Shown here: positions 16,868 to 25,503 of the stretch, in pieces | How positions within the stretch are numbered: position 1 is the first letter of the stretch | Layout of the letters: every line of letters starts with the position of its first letter | Origin: Bacteriovoracia bacterium | GTDB lineage: Bacteria; Bdellovibrionota; Bacteriovoracia; Bacteriovoracales; Bacteriovoracaceae | DNA length: 27,140 nucleotides | Assembly (NCBI GenBank): GCA_046570105.1 | Contig: JBKHVI010000014.1 | Span: 23,780-50,919, forward strand | Reading direction: 5' to 3' | Position numbers and translations under genes: made by a program | Notes under the pieces: generated by a model | What the model saw: only the letters and a program-made list of their open reading frames with translations | What the model was told of the DNA's origin: nothing | The model's database searches: none

Positions 16868-19249
16868 ATGCGGGGATTCATATCCTTTCTTTTGACAATG
16901 TTTATTGGGATGCCCAGTTTTGCCTTCGCGCAAAACGAAGCACTAGGTTTTGATGTCATTGACTACCACTCCTTTCAAGAACTCCCCCGTGAAAGTCAAC
17001 GTGAGTACCTCGTGCTCATTATGGATACTGTTGTTGAGATGGAACAAGCTCTGATTAAAAAACCAGCTGCCGACGAAAAACGTCGAGTTGAAATCCTTAA
17101 AAAACTTCTTAATGAACTGATGATCGATTCAGCTTATGCTTCTTATCCATCCGGCAGCTCGAAGAGCTGTTTGTATGCCGGTTGGTTTTCAACTTACGTC
17201 AACACAAGTGCAACGACTGGCTATTGTAATCGTCCGCAGAATTCAAGCGACGCCAATGTTAAGAGCAATTACCGTCCAGTAAGCGCAAAATGCAGCTCCT
17301 CTCAACAGGCCTGTAATCCGGATATCTTTGGAACAAGTGCCGATGGTAAACCTTATTGTATCAATATCAATAAAGTTAAAGACGTGAATGCATCACTTTC
17401 TTGTCTGATCGCTTTTGAAGACGATGCCGATAAGCTTGGGCGTCTCGATCGTATTATTGATCGTCTTGGTAAAGATGCAGCAGCGGCAGATCGTTTCAAC
17501 AAAGTCGTACAAACTATTTTTAATACTTGTGTATGCCAAGATAATGCTAAGGATGACGGGAACAATGTTCAAATTGCCCAAGAATATTTTAATTATATGC
17601 AAGGACATAGAACTTGTTATTCCCTAGTGGCGCAAACTCAGCATATCGCCGAAAGACTTAAAACGAATAAACCTAATGCTTGTTTGGTGATAGATCCAAA
17701 TAACGTCGATATTTTGGCCAAAGATTTGAAAGTACTTTCTCATTATACTTTACGTCTCAGAGACGTAGCGAATCTTAACAATATGACCACTGAAGCCATC
17801 ATGATCAGAGGTCATAGCTCTGATCCACGTAAAACGATCAAAGTACCAGGCGGTGGCTCCGGTGGATTTGTTTTAAAATCTGGAGCAACGGCTGTTGATT
17901 ACGATAAAGACTCGGCGATTGATAATTGTTTGGCCAAGATGCGTGATCCATCGAGCCCAATAACATGTACCCTTCCCACTGGCGGCAGCTTGTCAGATAA
18001 AAAGCATTGCCCCTTCGAGCTTCCACCAGTCACAAATCATACCTGTAAAGTAAAAGTCACTCCCGGTGTTATCGCCGACGGAAAAATGAATTTCGATGCT
18101 GTTTTAGAAATAGCTCCCAATGGCGCTGCCTTAGATAATATTGATGTCCATTGGAAACTGGGAGAAGAAGCTCCCAAAACATCAAAGGGTGGCAAATACT
18201 CAGGCAGTGTTGCTGTCACAGGGACGACTGCCAAAATTCCACTTAGCGCAAAACTCACGATTGCCGGTAAAGAGATTCCCTGCGCAGCACCTGTGGAAGA
18301 TTTCCAAGGTGTCGTTGATGATAAAATCAAGTCCTGTGAAATCGGTGAGGCCAGTGCCACAATTAAAGATGGAAAACTTGTCATTACCACGACCGTCAAA
18401 GCTCTTCCTCCAGGAGCGAAAGCACCTGCTCCTAAGTGGAAGGTCGGAGAAGAGACAAAAGATAGCTTAGAATTTGCTCTACCTAAAGATGATGTCAATG
18501 AAGTCGAACTCACAGCACTCTATGCAGTCGAGGAAGTGGGTAAACCGGCCATTGAGTGTAAAAAAATGGTACCGATCATACGCGCTGAAACTCGCAAGTG
18601 TGTCGTCGCAGAACCAAAACTTGCTCGTGTAGATGGTAAGCCTAAGGCCCGTAAAATCACTGCCACTATCAAAATGGCAGAAGACGCGATGGTGCTAAAA
18701 GAAGGCGAAGTATTCAAGTACCAAATTGCTCCTGACCTCACCAATCATGAAGGTGCAGCTGTAAGCCAAGAAAAAGAATTTGATACGGAAAATCCTGAAG
18801 TCAAAATTATTGGTATGTTGGTCAAAGGTCAACAGACTTTGGCCACTTGTGATGCCTCAGTAAAAGACGAAGCTCCTCAAGCGCCAGGGAGCTGTACGCT
18901 CACGCCGATTTTGGCCTTAAATGATAAAGGCGAAGATATTATCGAAGTGTCACTCACCTCGTCTGGTGCCGGTAATGAACCTAAGGGTGATGTGGTCTTC
19001 ACAGGATTTGAATTTAAAAACTCAAAACCAAAAGTGGCCTCTGTTGTGATCAAAAAAACACCTGCCGCCCAGAAGAAGAAAATTAATGCCACTTATAAAA
19101 ATGAAGCTGGCCGAGAGTTTAAATGTGAAGTGGGCGTTGAGATTCCTGCCGCTGAAGCGCCAGCTGCTCCAGTGGGACCGATGCCTGGTCAACAGCAGCT
19201 ACCACCTTCTATGCCTGTACCGGATATTTTCCTTCAGGGCGTAAACTAG
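16868..19249 (+). CDS. Large secreted Cys-rich protein with four C-terminal Ig-like repeats (~793 aa)
   Basis: SD GAGGTGG; signal peptide (AFA|Q); Cys-rich N-domain; four ~90-aa beta-rich units each bracketed by a Cys pair; Pro-rich tail. Confidence 0.85.
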   Translation: MRGFISFLLTMFIGMPSFAFAQNEALGFDVIDYHSFQELPRESQREYLVLIMDTVVEMEQALIKKPAADEKRRVEILKKLLNELMIDSAYASYPSGSSKSCLYAGWFSTYVNTSATTGYCNRPQNSSDANVKSNYRPVSAKCSSSQQACNPDIFGTSADGKPYCININKVKDVNASLSCLIAFEDDADKLGRLDRIIDRLGKDAAAADRFNKVVQTIFNTCVCQDNAKDDGNNVQIAQEYFNYMQGHRTCYSLVAQTQHIAERLKTNKPNACLVIDPNNVDILAKDLKVLSHYTLRLRDVANLNNMTTEAIMIRGHSSDPRKTIKVPGGGSGGFVLKSGATAVDYDKDSAIDNCLAKMRDPSSPITCTLPTGGSLSDKKHCPFELPPVTNHTCKVKVTPGVIADGKMNFDAVLEIAPNGAALDNIDVHWKLGEEAPKTSKGGKYSGSVAVTGTTAKIPLSAKLTIAGKEIPCAAPVEDFQGVVDDKIKSCEIGEASATIKDGKLVITTTVKALPPGAKAPAPKWKVGEETKDSLEFALPKDDVNEVELTALYAVEEVGKPAIECKKMVPIIRAETRKCVVAEPKLARVDGKPKARKITATIKMAEDAMVLKEGEVFKYQIAPDLTNHEGAAVSQEKEFDTENPEVKIIGMLVKGQQTLATCDASVKDEAPQAPGSCTLTPILALNDKGEDIIEVSLTSSGAGNEPKGDVVFTGFEFKNSKPKVASVVIKKTPAAQKKKINATYKNEAGREFKCEVGVEIPAAEAPAAPVGPMPGQQQLPPSMPVPDIFLQGVN

Positions 19250-20010
19250 AAATTGAATTCCATGCCATCTTTCTGCAAAATCTGAACGCGGGGCTCATCG
19301 AGCTCCGCGATCTCTTGCTCTAATTCTCCACGAAAATTAGGCTTCAAATGCGTCAGAATAATAGGTACACCCGGTGGCATCTTTTTGATTTCTTCGGCCA
19401 ACGTCTGTGGAGTGTGATGATCGCTGGCATCAGCGACTTTTTGTAGTTTATTGGGAAAACTGACTTCGGTAAAAATCGCTTTGAGCGCTGGAAACTCGCG
19501 CGCCTTCTCCCAAATTCGACTGGTGGCCGCAGTATCGAGCGTAAAGAGAATCGCCTTCCCTTCTTTCTCAATGATGTATCCCATGGCATCACTTGGATGC
19601 TTTACGGCAACAGGTGTGACTCGATAGCCACCAATCTCCGTCATTATTTCTGGAGTAAGAGAATTGAAGTGAATCGTTGGATTTTGTGACGTTGGCAGAA
19701 TTGAAAAATCTGGCCAGATGGTATCGTTAAACAAGTGATGCTTAATGAGTCCTAACACTGTGTTGTGTGTCCAAACTTCAAACGGCTTTGGGCGCATTCC
19801 GAAACAGTTGTCACACAAGAAAGCTAAGTCTTTAATATGATCAAGATGCGGATGAGAAATTAAAATATTATCGATACGGCTTTGTTTCTCAATAGATAAC
19901 GTCGAGGCGACTGAGCCTGCATCTATAAGCAATACATCATCAATTAAAAATGAAGTCGCTTGAAAACCGATGGTGACGCCGCCATGGCCGCCTAAAATTT
20001 TAACTTTCAT
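19246..20010 (-). CDS. Metallo-beta-lactamase-fold class II cyclic-nucleotide phosphodiesterase-like protein
   Basis: Motifs LIDAG, ISHPHLDH, FNDTIWPDF, EVSFPN, HHTP and THLKP. Confidence 0.8.
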   Translation of the reverse strand: MKVKILGGHGGVTIGFQATSFLIDDVLLIDAGSVASTLSIEKQSRIDNILISHPHLDHIKDLAFLCDNCFGMRPKPFEVWTHNTVLGLIKHHLFNDTIWPDFSILPTSQNPTIHFNSLTPEIMTEIGGYRVTPVAVKHPSDAMGYIIEKEGKAILFTLDTAATSRIWEKAREFPALKAIFTEVSFPNKLQKVADASDHHTPQTLAEEIKKMPPGVPIILTHLKPNFRGELEQEIAELDEPRVQILQKDGMEFNF

Positions 20011-20043
20011 TAATTAAATTCTAAGCGGTTACCAGAAAACTTC

Positions 20044-20874
20044 CTAGTCTTTTGCGCCCTTCATCAGTTCGGCATAAATTTCCTTAGAGGGACGCTCGAG
20101 TATCTCCCCTAAGAGACGAGATAAATCTTTTTTACCCGCACCTTCAGCAAGAATATCCAACGCCTGCTGTAGGACATTAGGCGGAACTCTCGGACGTGGG
20201 TCTTTAGGGATATGAACTAACCAGACAAACTCTCCACGCTCCATCATTTCATCAAGAGCGACCAGCCCTTCGGGCCCTTGAAAGCGACGCACTTTCTGAT
20301 AGGTCTTGCCCATCTCTTTCACGATAGCAAATTCACTCTCTGCCCACACTTCCACCGCCATCGCCAACGTTTGACGAATGCGTCCCGGAGCTTCAAAAAA
20401 AATATGAGTGCCGGCACCAAGAGAAGAAAAATAAGAACGAATCTTTCCTTCATCGCGCGATAAAAATCCATGAAAGCTAAAAGGCAATGGTGGTAAACCT
20501 GAGAGTTCAAGAGCAGCAATGACACTCGAGATTCCCGAAAAAGTTTCCACCTCAACGCCTTTCTCATAGGCCAATCGCACTAAGGGAAAAGCTGGATCTG
20601 ACAGAATGGGACTCCCCGCTTCAGAAGCGACATAAAGATCATGCCCCTGCCAAACCACTTCTAGTAAACGCTCAAACTTGGCATCAGAGCTTTGGTCGTG
20701 CAGCGATAAAAGATGTTTATTTTGTGAGTTGATGCCATTGCGATGAAGAAATTCACGAAATGAGCGTGTGTCTTCCACCGCAAAATAGCTGCCATTCTCC
20801 AATGCATCTTTCACCCGAGCGGTCATGTCGGCCATGTTGCCGATGGGCATATTAAGCAAAATGAGACGGGCCAT
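20044..20874 (-). CDS. rsmI: 16S rRNA (cytidine1402-2'-O)-methyltransferase
   Basis: Motifs PIGNMADMT.R, EDTR, SEAGSPILSDP, FHGFL, FEAPGR and KEMGK.YQ. Confidence 0.9.
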   Translation of the reverse strand: MARLILLNMPIGNMADMTARVKDALENGSYFAVEDTRSFREFLHRNGINSQNKHLLSLHDQSSDAKFERLLEVVWQGHDLYVASEAGSPILSDPAFPLVRLAYEKGVEVETFSGISSVIAALELSGLPPLPFSFHGFLSRDEGKIRSYFSSLGAGTHIFFEAPGRIRQTLAMAVEVWAESEFAIVKEMGKTYQKVRRFQGPEGLVALDEMMERGEFVWLVHIPKDPRPRVPPNVLQQALDILAEGAGKKDLSRLLGEILERPSKEIYAELMKGAKD

Positions 20875-20923
20875 GAGAGATCCTTATGCAAATTTTTCCC
20901 TCTCAAGAGCGAGGGAAGATTAG

Positions 20924-20971
20924 TGATATCATACCAAGATGAACCCGTCAGGATGACGGAAAAGGAAAAAA
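20924..20971 (+). promoter_or_regulatory. Extended -10 promoter and leader with a CsrA-type GGA hairpin
   Basis: TGaTATCAT (20924-20932), hairpin CCGTCA-GGA-TGACGG (20945-20959), SD AAGGA (20962-20966). Confidence 0.55.
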
Positions 20972-21364
20972 ATGAGTATGAACGCCAAAGTTTCTCGCTG
21001 TGCCCAAGGTAATATAGTAATTCACATGCAAGGTGACCTTAATTACGAGCACAGTATTCCTTTTCGCCAAGAGCTGCAGACTCTTGCAGTGAAGCATCCT
21101 AACGCTCGTATCACAATTGACCTCGGTGCCATCGACTTCGTCGGCTCATCGGGCATTTGTCATTTTGTAGAAACGTTGAAGCTCTTGAAAGACACTAACA
21201 ATCGTATAGTGGCGCTGGATAATGTGAAGCTAGAGTTTGTGAAGGTCTTCCGTCTCTACGGACTCGATGAAACTCAGCATATCGCTGACCATATGAACTT
21301 CGACACGGATGAAACCGAGTCGATGAATCGCTTCCAAGGTCGCACACGCACCTTTGAAAACTAG
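20972..21364 (+). CDS. STAS-domain protein (anti-sigma factor antagonist-like)
   Basis: MQGDL, IDLGAIDFVGSSGI (SpoIIAA/RsbV-like Ser motif), KVFRLYGL. Confidence 0.85.
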   Translation: MSMNAKVSRCAQGNIVIHMQGDLNYEHSIPFRQELQTLAVKHPNARITIDLGAIDFVGSSGICHFVETLKLLKDTNNRIVALDNVKLEFVKVFRLYGLDETQHIADHMNFDTDETESMNRFQGRTRTFEN

Positions 21365-21870
21365 AAACTGTAACTGAATACGTTGATTTGTAAGGGGGGC
21401 ATCGTGCTCCCCTTTTTTGTTTCCATCAGACGATAATCCACCGCTGTAGCAAGCGTCTCACCCATTTTGATTTGCTGATAAGACGAATCGAAAAAACCAC
21501 CCTTGGTATCTGGTGAATCACCTTCGCCGTAGTCTTTATACTCATCCACTGAATCATTATAGGGGGAAGATTGATCGTAACCTTGATTAGCGCCACGTTG
21601 ATGATGAGAAACAATCACGTAAGTACCAAACAACAAACCAGCATAAAGACCCAGCGACGCTCCCTGAGCAATCGCACGCGGCGAAGTACCAAAGGCCATC
21701 GACGCCAAACCTAAGAGCGCACCACCGGCAGCACCGTAACCGGTGACCAGCATAAAGGCCTTAATGCGTGGAGGAATACCACCTGTCGTTTGTGCCTGAG
21801 CGAATGAGCGCGAAGGCAACAACGTAAGAGAAATAAGAAGAACAAAAAGCATCATGCGATATGTTTTCAT
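21361..21870 (-). CDS. Exported glycine-zipper membrane protein, hypothetical
   Basis: Signal peptide (SFA|Q), GYGAAGGALLG and GASLGLYAGLLFG helices, C-terminus INVFSYSF. Confidence 0.8.
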   Translation of the reverse strand: MKTYRMMLFVLLISLTLLPSRSFAQAQTTGGIPPRIKAFMLVTGYGAAGGALLGLASMAFGTSPRAIAQGASLGLYAGLLFGTYVIVSHHQRGANQGYDQSSPYNDSVDEYKDYGEGDSPDTKGGFFDSSYQQIKMGETLATAVDYRLMETKKGSTMPPLQINVFSYSF

Positions 21871-21876
21871 ATTAAA

Positions 21877-21905
21877 AGGTTAATGGAGTTTCGCATCCTT
21901 GGCAA
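21877..21905 (-). promoter_or_regulatory. Sigma70 promoter, probably leaderless
   Basis: TTGCCA-N17-TAACCT-N6-ATG(21870), with no SD. Confidence 0.6.
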
Positions 21906-21906
21906 A

Positions 21907-22200
21907 CTACAAGTGCTCAGAACTCATCTCTAGTCGAACATTGGCACCCAACATTTTACCCAAAAACTTACCTGCCTCTAATAATCTGCGACGCTGACCA
22001 AAGCTCAGATGACCGTGCTGCCCTTTCACTTCTCTGATCTCAATAAGTTTCTTATTTTTCGAAAACCTGACTAGATCGCACTGCCCGAGTCCCCAGCTAC
22101 GCAAAACTACCGGCGCCACCAATACTGGAATTTCTGTTTGATGGAACTTATACGACTCCAGCCTCTCGCGCTGTTTACCGCGAGAGATATTCGCGGACAC
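21907..22200 (-). CDS. Divergent YraN/UPF0102-like PD-(D/E)XK protein (start uncertain, GTG 22200)
   Basis: RGKQRE..., GQCDLV...IEIREVK motif, and position directly after rnhB where yraN is commonly found. Confidence 0.55.
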   Translation of the reverse strand: MSANISRGKQRERLESYKFHQTEIPVLVAPVVLRSWGLGQCDLVRFSKNKKLIEIREVKGQHGHLSFGQRRRLLEAGKFLGKMLGANVRLEMSSEHL

Positions 22201-22822
22201 CTTTGAAGGTTTTGCGATGGATGGGCGACGGACCGTGGGTGACGATAGAGTCACGATGGGTTTGGGTGGGATAACCGGCGTGACGATCGAATCCGTAGAC
22301 TGGATATTGTTGATGGAATCGTTGCATGAGTTCATCGCGATAAACCTTGGCGTGAATACTAGCAAGGCCAATCAAGGCACTCTTAGCATCCCCTTTCACT
22401 ATCGGGTGAATAGACCAAGTGGAATTAGCGTCTTTCGGCGCGCGATGACCATCAATTAACCATACAACCGGCAGTTTTTTATTTTTTGAAACAAGTTTCT
22501 CCGCAGAAAGTTTCATCGCCTTAAGTGAGGCGGCGAGAATATTGATTTCATCAATTTCTTGTGCCGAAATTTCTACCGTGGCAACCGTCCAGTCGCCAGC
22601 GAGCTTTTGTAATTCTTCGCGCGCCGAAGACGTGAGCTTCTTAGAATCATTCACGCCACTTTTGAGTAGCACTTGAACAATTTTTTTCAACTGCTCTCGA
22701 CTCTCCACCAAGACCGCTGCACTACTTGCGACCACGGGACCAGCGAGTGGACCACGTCCAGCTTCGTCGCTCGCGACGAGCCAACATGGGAGTGTGTTAA
22801 TAAATTGTGCCTCGAACATCAT
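22175..22822 (-). CDS. rnhB: Ribonuclease HII
   Basis: Motifs DEAGRGPLAGPV, DSKKL, LIDG, KGD, ASIHAKVYRD and GYPT..H. Confidence 0.96.
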   Translation of the reverse strand: MMFEAQFINTLPCWLVASDEAGRGPLAGPVVASSAAVLVESREQLKKIVQVLLKSGVNDSKKLTSSAREELQKLAGDWTVATVEISAQEIDEINILAASLKAMKLSAEKLVSKNKKLPVVWLIDGHRAPKDANSTWSIHPIVKGDAKSALIGLASIHAKVYRDELMQRFHQQYPVYGFDRHAGYPTQTHRDSIVTHGPSPIHRKTFKGVREYLSR

Positions 22823-22845
22823 GCCGAGATGCTAGCTCGTTGAGC

Positions 22846-22873
22846 AAAAAAAAACCACACCCGAAGGTGTGGT
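22846..22873 (-). terminator. Rho-independent terminator after rplS
   Basis: Minus strand CCACACC-TTCG-GGTGTGG followed by T9 (UUCG tetraloop). Confidence 0.9.
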
Positions 22874-22900
22874 CTCATAAAAGAAAAACTAAAGTTTTGC

Positions 22901-23263
22901 TTATTCGCGATTGTAATCAACCGAGATACGAGCAGCTTTACCAACGCGGTCGCGAAGATAGTAGTGCTTCGAGCGACGTGACTTACCTTTCATGATGACT
23001 TCAATTGATTCAACAACTGGAGAATGGAAAGGGAATACACGCTCAACACCCACGCCGTCAGAAATCTTACGAACGCGGAAGTGACCGTGGAAGCTTCCTG
23101 GGGCCTTCATTGCAATGCAAGTGCCTTGGAAATACTGCGTACGAGTCTTCTCGCCTTCTTTTACTTTCACACCCACGTTAACCGTGTCACCAGTGCGGAA
23201 ATCAACTTTCTCTGCGCCAGCTTTTAAGTGCTTACTCTCAACCAACTTAACTAGATTCGACAT
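22901..23263 (-). CDS. rplS: 50S ribosomal protein L19
   Basis: Motifs FRTGDTV, EGEKTRTQYFQG, VRKISDGVGVERVFP and YYLR. SD GAGG before ATG 23263. Confidence 0.97.
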   Translation of the reverse strand: MSNLVKLVESKHLKAGAEKVDFRTGDTVNVGVKVKEGEKTRTQYFQGTCIAMKAPGSFHGHFRVRKISDGVGVERVFPFHSPVVESIEVIMKGKSRRSKHYYLRDRVGKAARISVDYNRE

Positions 23264-23333
23264 ACAAACCTCTTCTACAGATCTTCCATAAATTGAGCGT
23301 TCACGACTTACCAATCAGAGGGAAGGAAAATTG

Positions 23334-23921
23334 TTAGGGGGAACAGAGGCTTCGTGCCAAACGATCACTATAAATAGCAACCGCAGAGCGAACCGACAGA
23401 TGGTTGTAACCGTCTACTGCCCTACTTAAAATAGGGAGCAAGCGGAAATCCGCTTGATCAGTCATCGAGGCGAGTAATCCCCAGCCGGTACCAAATAACA
23501 GGAGGATGGGCGTTTGGTCAAGGATGGCGCGCTGAGCAAGTGCATTTTCATCTCCATCGCCTGCTAAATTCGCCCCGGTCACTACTGTGAGTGGCTTTTT
23601 TCCCTCGCGTTCAGTGATGACTCTCTGCGCATCTTCTACTGTGTTTAACAGCTGAGTTTGCGCCAAGGCCTCGGTGCGATCGGGATTATAAAGTGAGCCT
23701 TTATCGCTCTCCCAATGCCCCAGGATGCGATTCACTAGCTCATGCTGAATCTGTAGTGGCGTGATGATGAAATACCCGGAGAAGCCAAAGGTGCGTGCTG
23801 CACGTGAGATGTCGTGAATATCTAAATTGGTCACCGAGGTGGTGACGGTTGAGCCGGCCTTGTCTTTCACCGGGCCATGCACAAGTCCTAGATAGACCGG
23901 AACTTTTAGTGCTTCTTCCAT
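23334..23921 (-). CDS. SPOUT-class RNA methyltransferase (Methyltrn_RNA_4/DUF2168 type)
   Basis: Motifs LVHGPV, TTSVTNLDIHDISR, LLFGTGWGL and YNHLSVRSA. Follows trmD. Confidence 0.85.
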   Translation of the reverse strand: MEEALKVPVYLGLVHGPVKDKAGSTVTTSVTNLDIHDISRAARTFGFSGYFIITPLQIQHELVNRILGHWESDKGSLYNPDRTEALAQTQLLNTVEDAQRVITEREGKKPLTVVTGANLAGDGDENALAQRAILDQTPILLLFGTGWGLLASMTDQADFRLLPILSRAVDGYNHLSVRSAVAIYSDRLARSLCSP

Positions 23922-24640
23922 AAATCAGGTCTCATTTTTTTTGTCATGACTTCTTTTTGCTCTTGTTGCCACTCTTTAATTTTGGCGTGATTTCCATTCG
24001 CCAAAACTTCCGGAACCTCAAGTCCTTCAAACTCGCGCGGCTTGGTGTACTGCGGGCACTCTAATAAACCATCTTCAAATGAGTCTTCATTGGCAGAAGA
24101 TTTATTTCCGAGGATTCCAGGCACAAAGCGCACGGATGAATCCAAGAGTGTCATCACGGCGAGCTCTCCCCCGGTCAAAACGTAATCACCAATTGAATAA
24201 ATCTGATCAACGTAGTTTTCAACAAAGCGCTCATCGATGCCTTCATAGCGGCCACAAATCAGCACAATATCTTTTTGAGCTAAGATTTTTTCTCCAAACT
24301 CACGCGCCACTAAGTTATTCCATACCACTCCGCGAGGTGAAGTGTAGATGACCGTCAGTTCATTTTTATTTTGATAGCCACCGGGAATCATCACACCTTC
24401 GTGAAATGCCTTCGCTAGTACATCCGCCCGCATAATCATGCCAGGACCACCACCATAAGGCGTATCATCGACGGCACCGTAATTTCCCAGACCCCAGTCA
24501 CGAATATTAACCGTTTTGAGCGAGAGCTTCATATCGACGGCGCGCTCGCCACGAAGTGCTTGGCCCGCGATCCCACAGGCGAGGAGCGGTTGAAAAAATT
24601 CTGGAAAGAGAGTCATGACCCAGATACGACGCTCAATCAT
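23906..24640 (-). CDS. trmD: tRNA (guanine37-N1)-methyltransferase
   Basis: Motifs TLFPEFF, VDDTPYGGGPGM, CGRYEGIDER, SIGDYVLTGGE and PQYTKP. Confidence 0.97.
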   Translation of the reverse strand: MIERRIWVMTLFPEFFQPLLACGIAGQALRGERAVDMKLSLKTVNIRDWGLGNYGAVDDTPYGGGPGMIMRADVLAKAFHEGVMIPGGYQNKNELTVIYTSPRGVVWNNLVAREFGEKILAQKDIVLICGRYEGIDERFVENYVDQIYSIGDYVLTGGELAVMTLLDSSVRFVPGILGNKSSANEDSFEDGLLECPQYTKPREFEGLEVPEVLANGNHAKIKEWQQEQKEVMTKKMRPDLWKKH

Positions 24641-25161
24641 TCGATGTCCTCAGGCAACACCACTTGAATCGTGCCTTGAATGAGATCGACATTGGGGAAG
24701 AAATGTTTCACGTAAGGAATATCCACTTCACCGCCCTTTTTTAGGCGAATAGTGAAAACCAAATGGCCGGGTGTCTCATACCAATCGGCGACCTTACCCA
24801 CTTCTTCGCCGCTTTCATCAATCGCTTTAAGTCCCAAGAGATCAGAGACATAGTGCTGGCCTTGTGGGAGGGCGGGAAATTGCGAGCGGTCACAAAAAAT
24901 CTCAAAGGGCAGAATTTTTTCCAAAGCGGTGCGATCGACAATGCCCATGAGCTTCACGCGCACGTCGTTGCCTTTCTGAATATCTTCAATCTCATACTCC
25001 TGGCCCTCTAGTGGTAGCTCAGAAGATGGGCCCGGCTTAAGCCACAGCTTATGGCCTTTCTTGAGATGAGTTTGTTTACCGGAAGTTAAAAAAAACAACG
25101 CATGGCCTTTGAGGCCATGGGGCTTTGTTGCAGATCCGAGTAAGACGAGGCTTGGTTTCAT
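24637..25161 (-). CDS. rimM: Ribosome maturation factor RimM
   Basis: KPHGLKG, YVSDLLGL and IPYV (PRC barrel). Located between khpA and trmD. Confidence 0.93.
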   Translation of the reverse strand: MKPSLVLLGSATKPHGLKGHALFFLTSGKQTHLKKGHKLWLKPGPSSELPLEGQEYEIEDIQKGNDVRVKLMGIVDRTALEKILPFEIFCDRSQFPALPQGQHYVSDLLGLKAIDESGEEVGKVADWYETPGHLVFTIRLKKGGEVDIPYVKHFFPNVDLIQGTIQVVLPEDIE

Positions 25162-25202
25162 AAAAAAAATCCTGACCACTCTTTATCAGAGGGGCCAGGA
25201 TT
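25162..25202 (-). terminator. Terminator/attenuator between khpA and rimM containing the rimM SD
   Basis: Minus strand AATCCTGGCC-C-CTCT-GATAA-AGAG-T-GGTCAGGATT-TTTTTT-ATG. Confidence 0.75.
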
Positions 25203-25229
25203 CTTAAATCTAAAAGGTATAAGCGTTTG

Positions 25230-25469
25230 TTATTCGATAATTTCGAGAACAGAGCGCTTGCGAAGCTTGGTCGAGGCAGCGTTTAGAATGGTTCGAAGGG
25301 CACGTGCTGTGCGACCTTGCTTACCGATCACTTTTCCTAAGTCCGTTTTATCGACCTTAAGTTCAATCACCGTCGTTTGTTCGCCGGAAATTTCTGTGAC
25401 CACTACGTTCTCAGGCATATCGACCAAAGCTTTGGAGACATACTCGATCAGTTCTTTTAGCTCACTCAT
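25230..25469 (-). CDS. khpA: KH-domain RNA-binding protein KhpA (UPF0109)
   Basis: [17 protein letters not shown] (GxxG KH loop). Follows rpsP. Confidence 0.93.
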   Translation of the reverse strand: MSELKELIEYVSKALVDMPENVVVTEISGEQTTVIELKVDKTDLGKVIGKQGRTARALRTILNAASTKLRKRSVLEIIE

Positions 25470-25503
25470 AACAACATCCTAGGTTAGGCTTACCGCCCAC
25501 CTA

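Noticed and set aside
20896..20917. Inverted repeat TTCCCTC-N8-GAGGGAA between rsmI and the STAS gene
   Set aside because: No U-tract and no second copy seen, so it cannot be assigned as terminator or operator.
21885..21908. CAAGGATG in a weak hairpin as another CsrA site
   Set aside because: It falls in the -35/-10 spacer of a well-spaced promoter, so it is probably not in that transcript.
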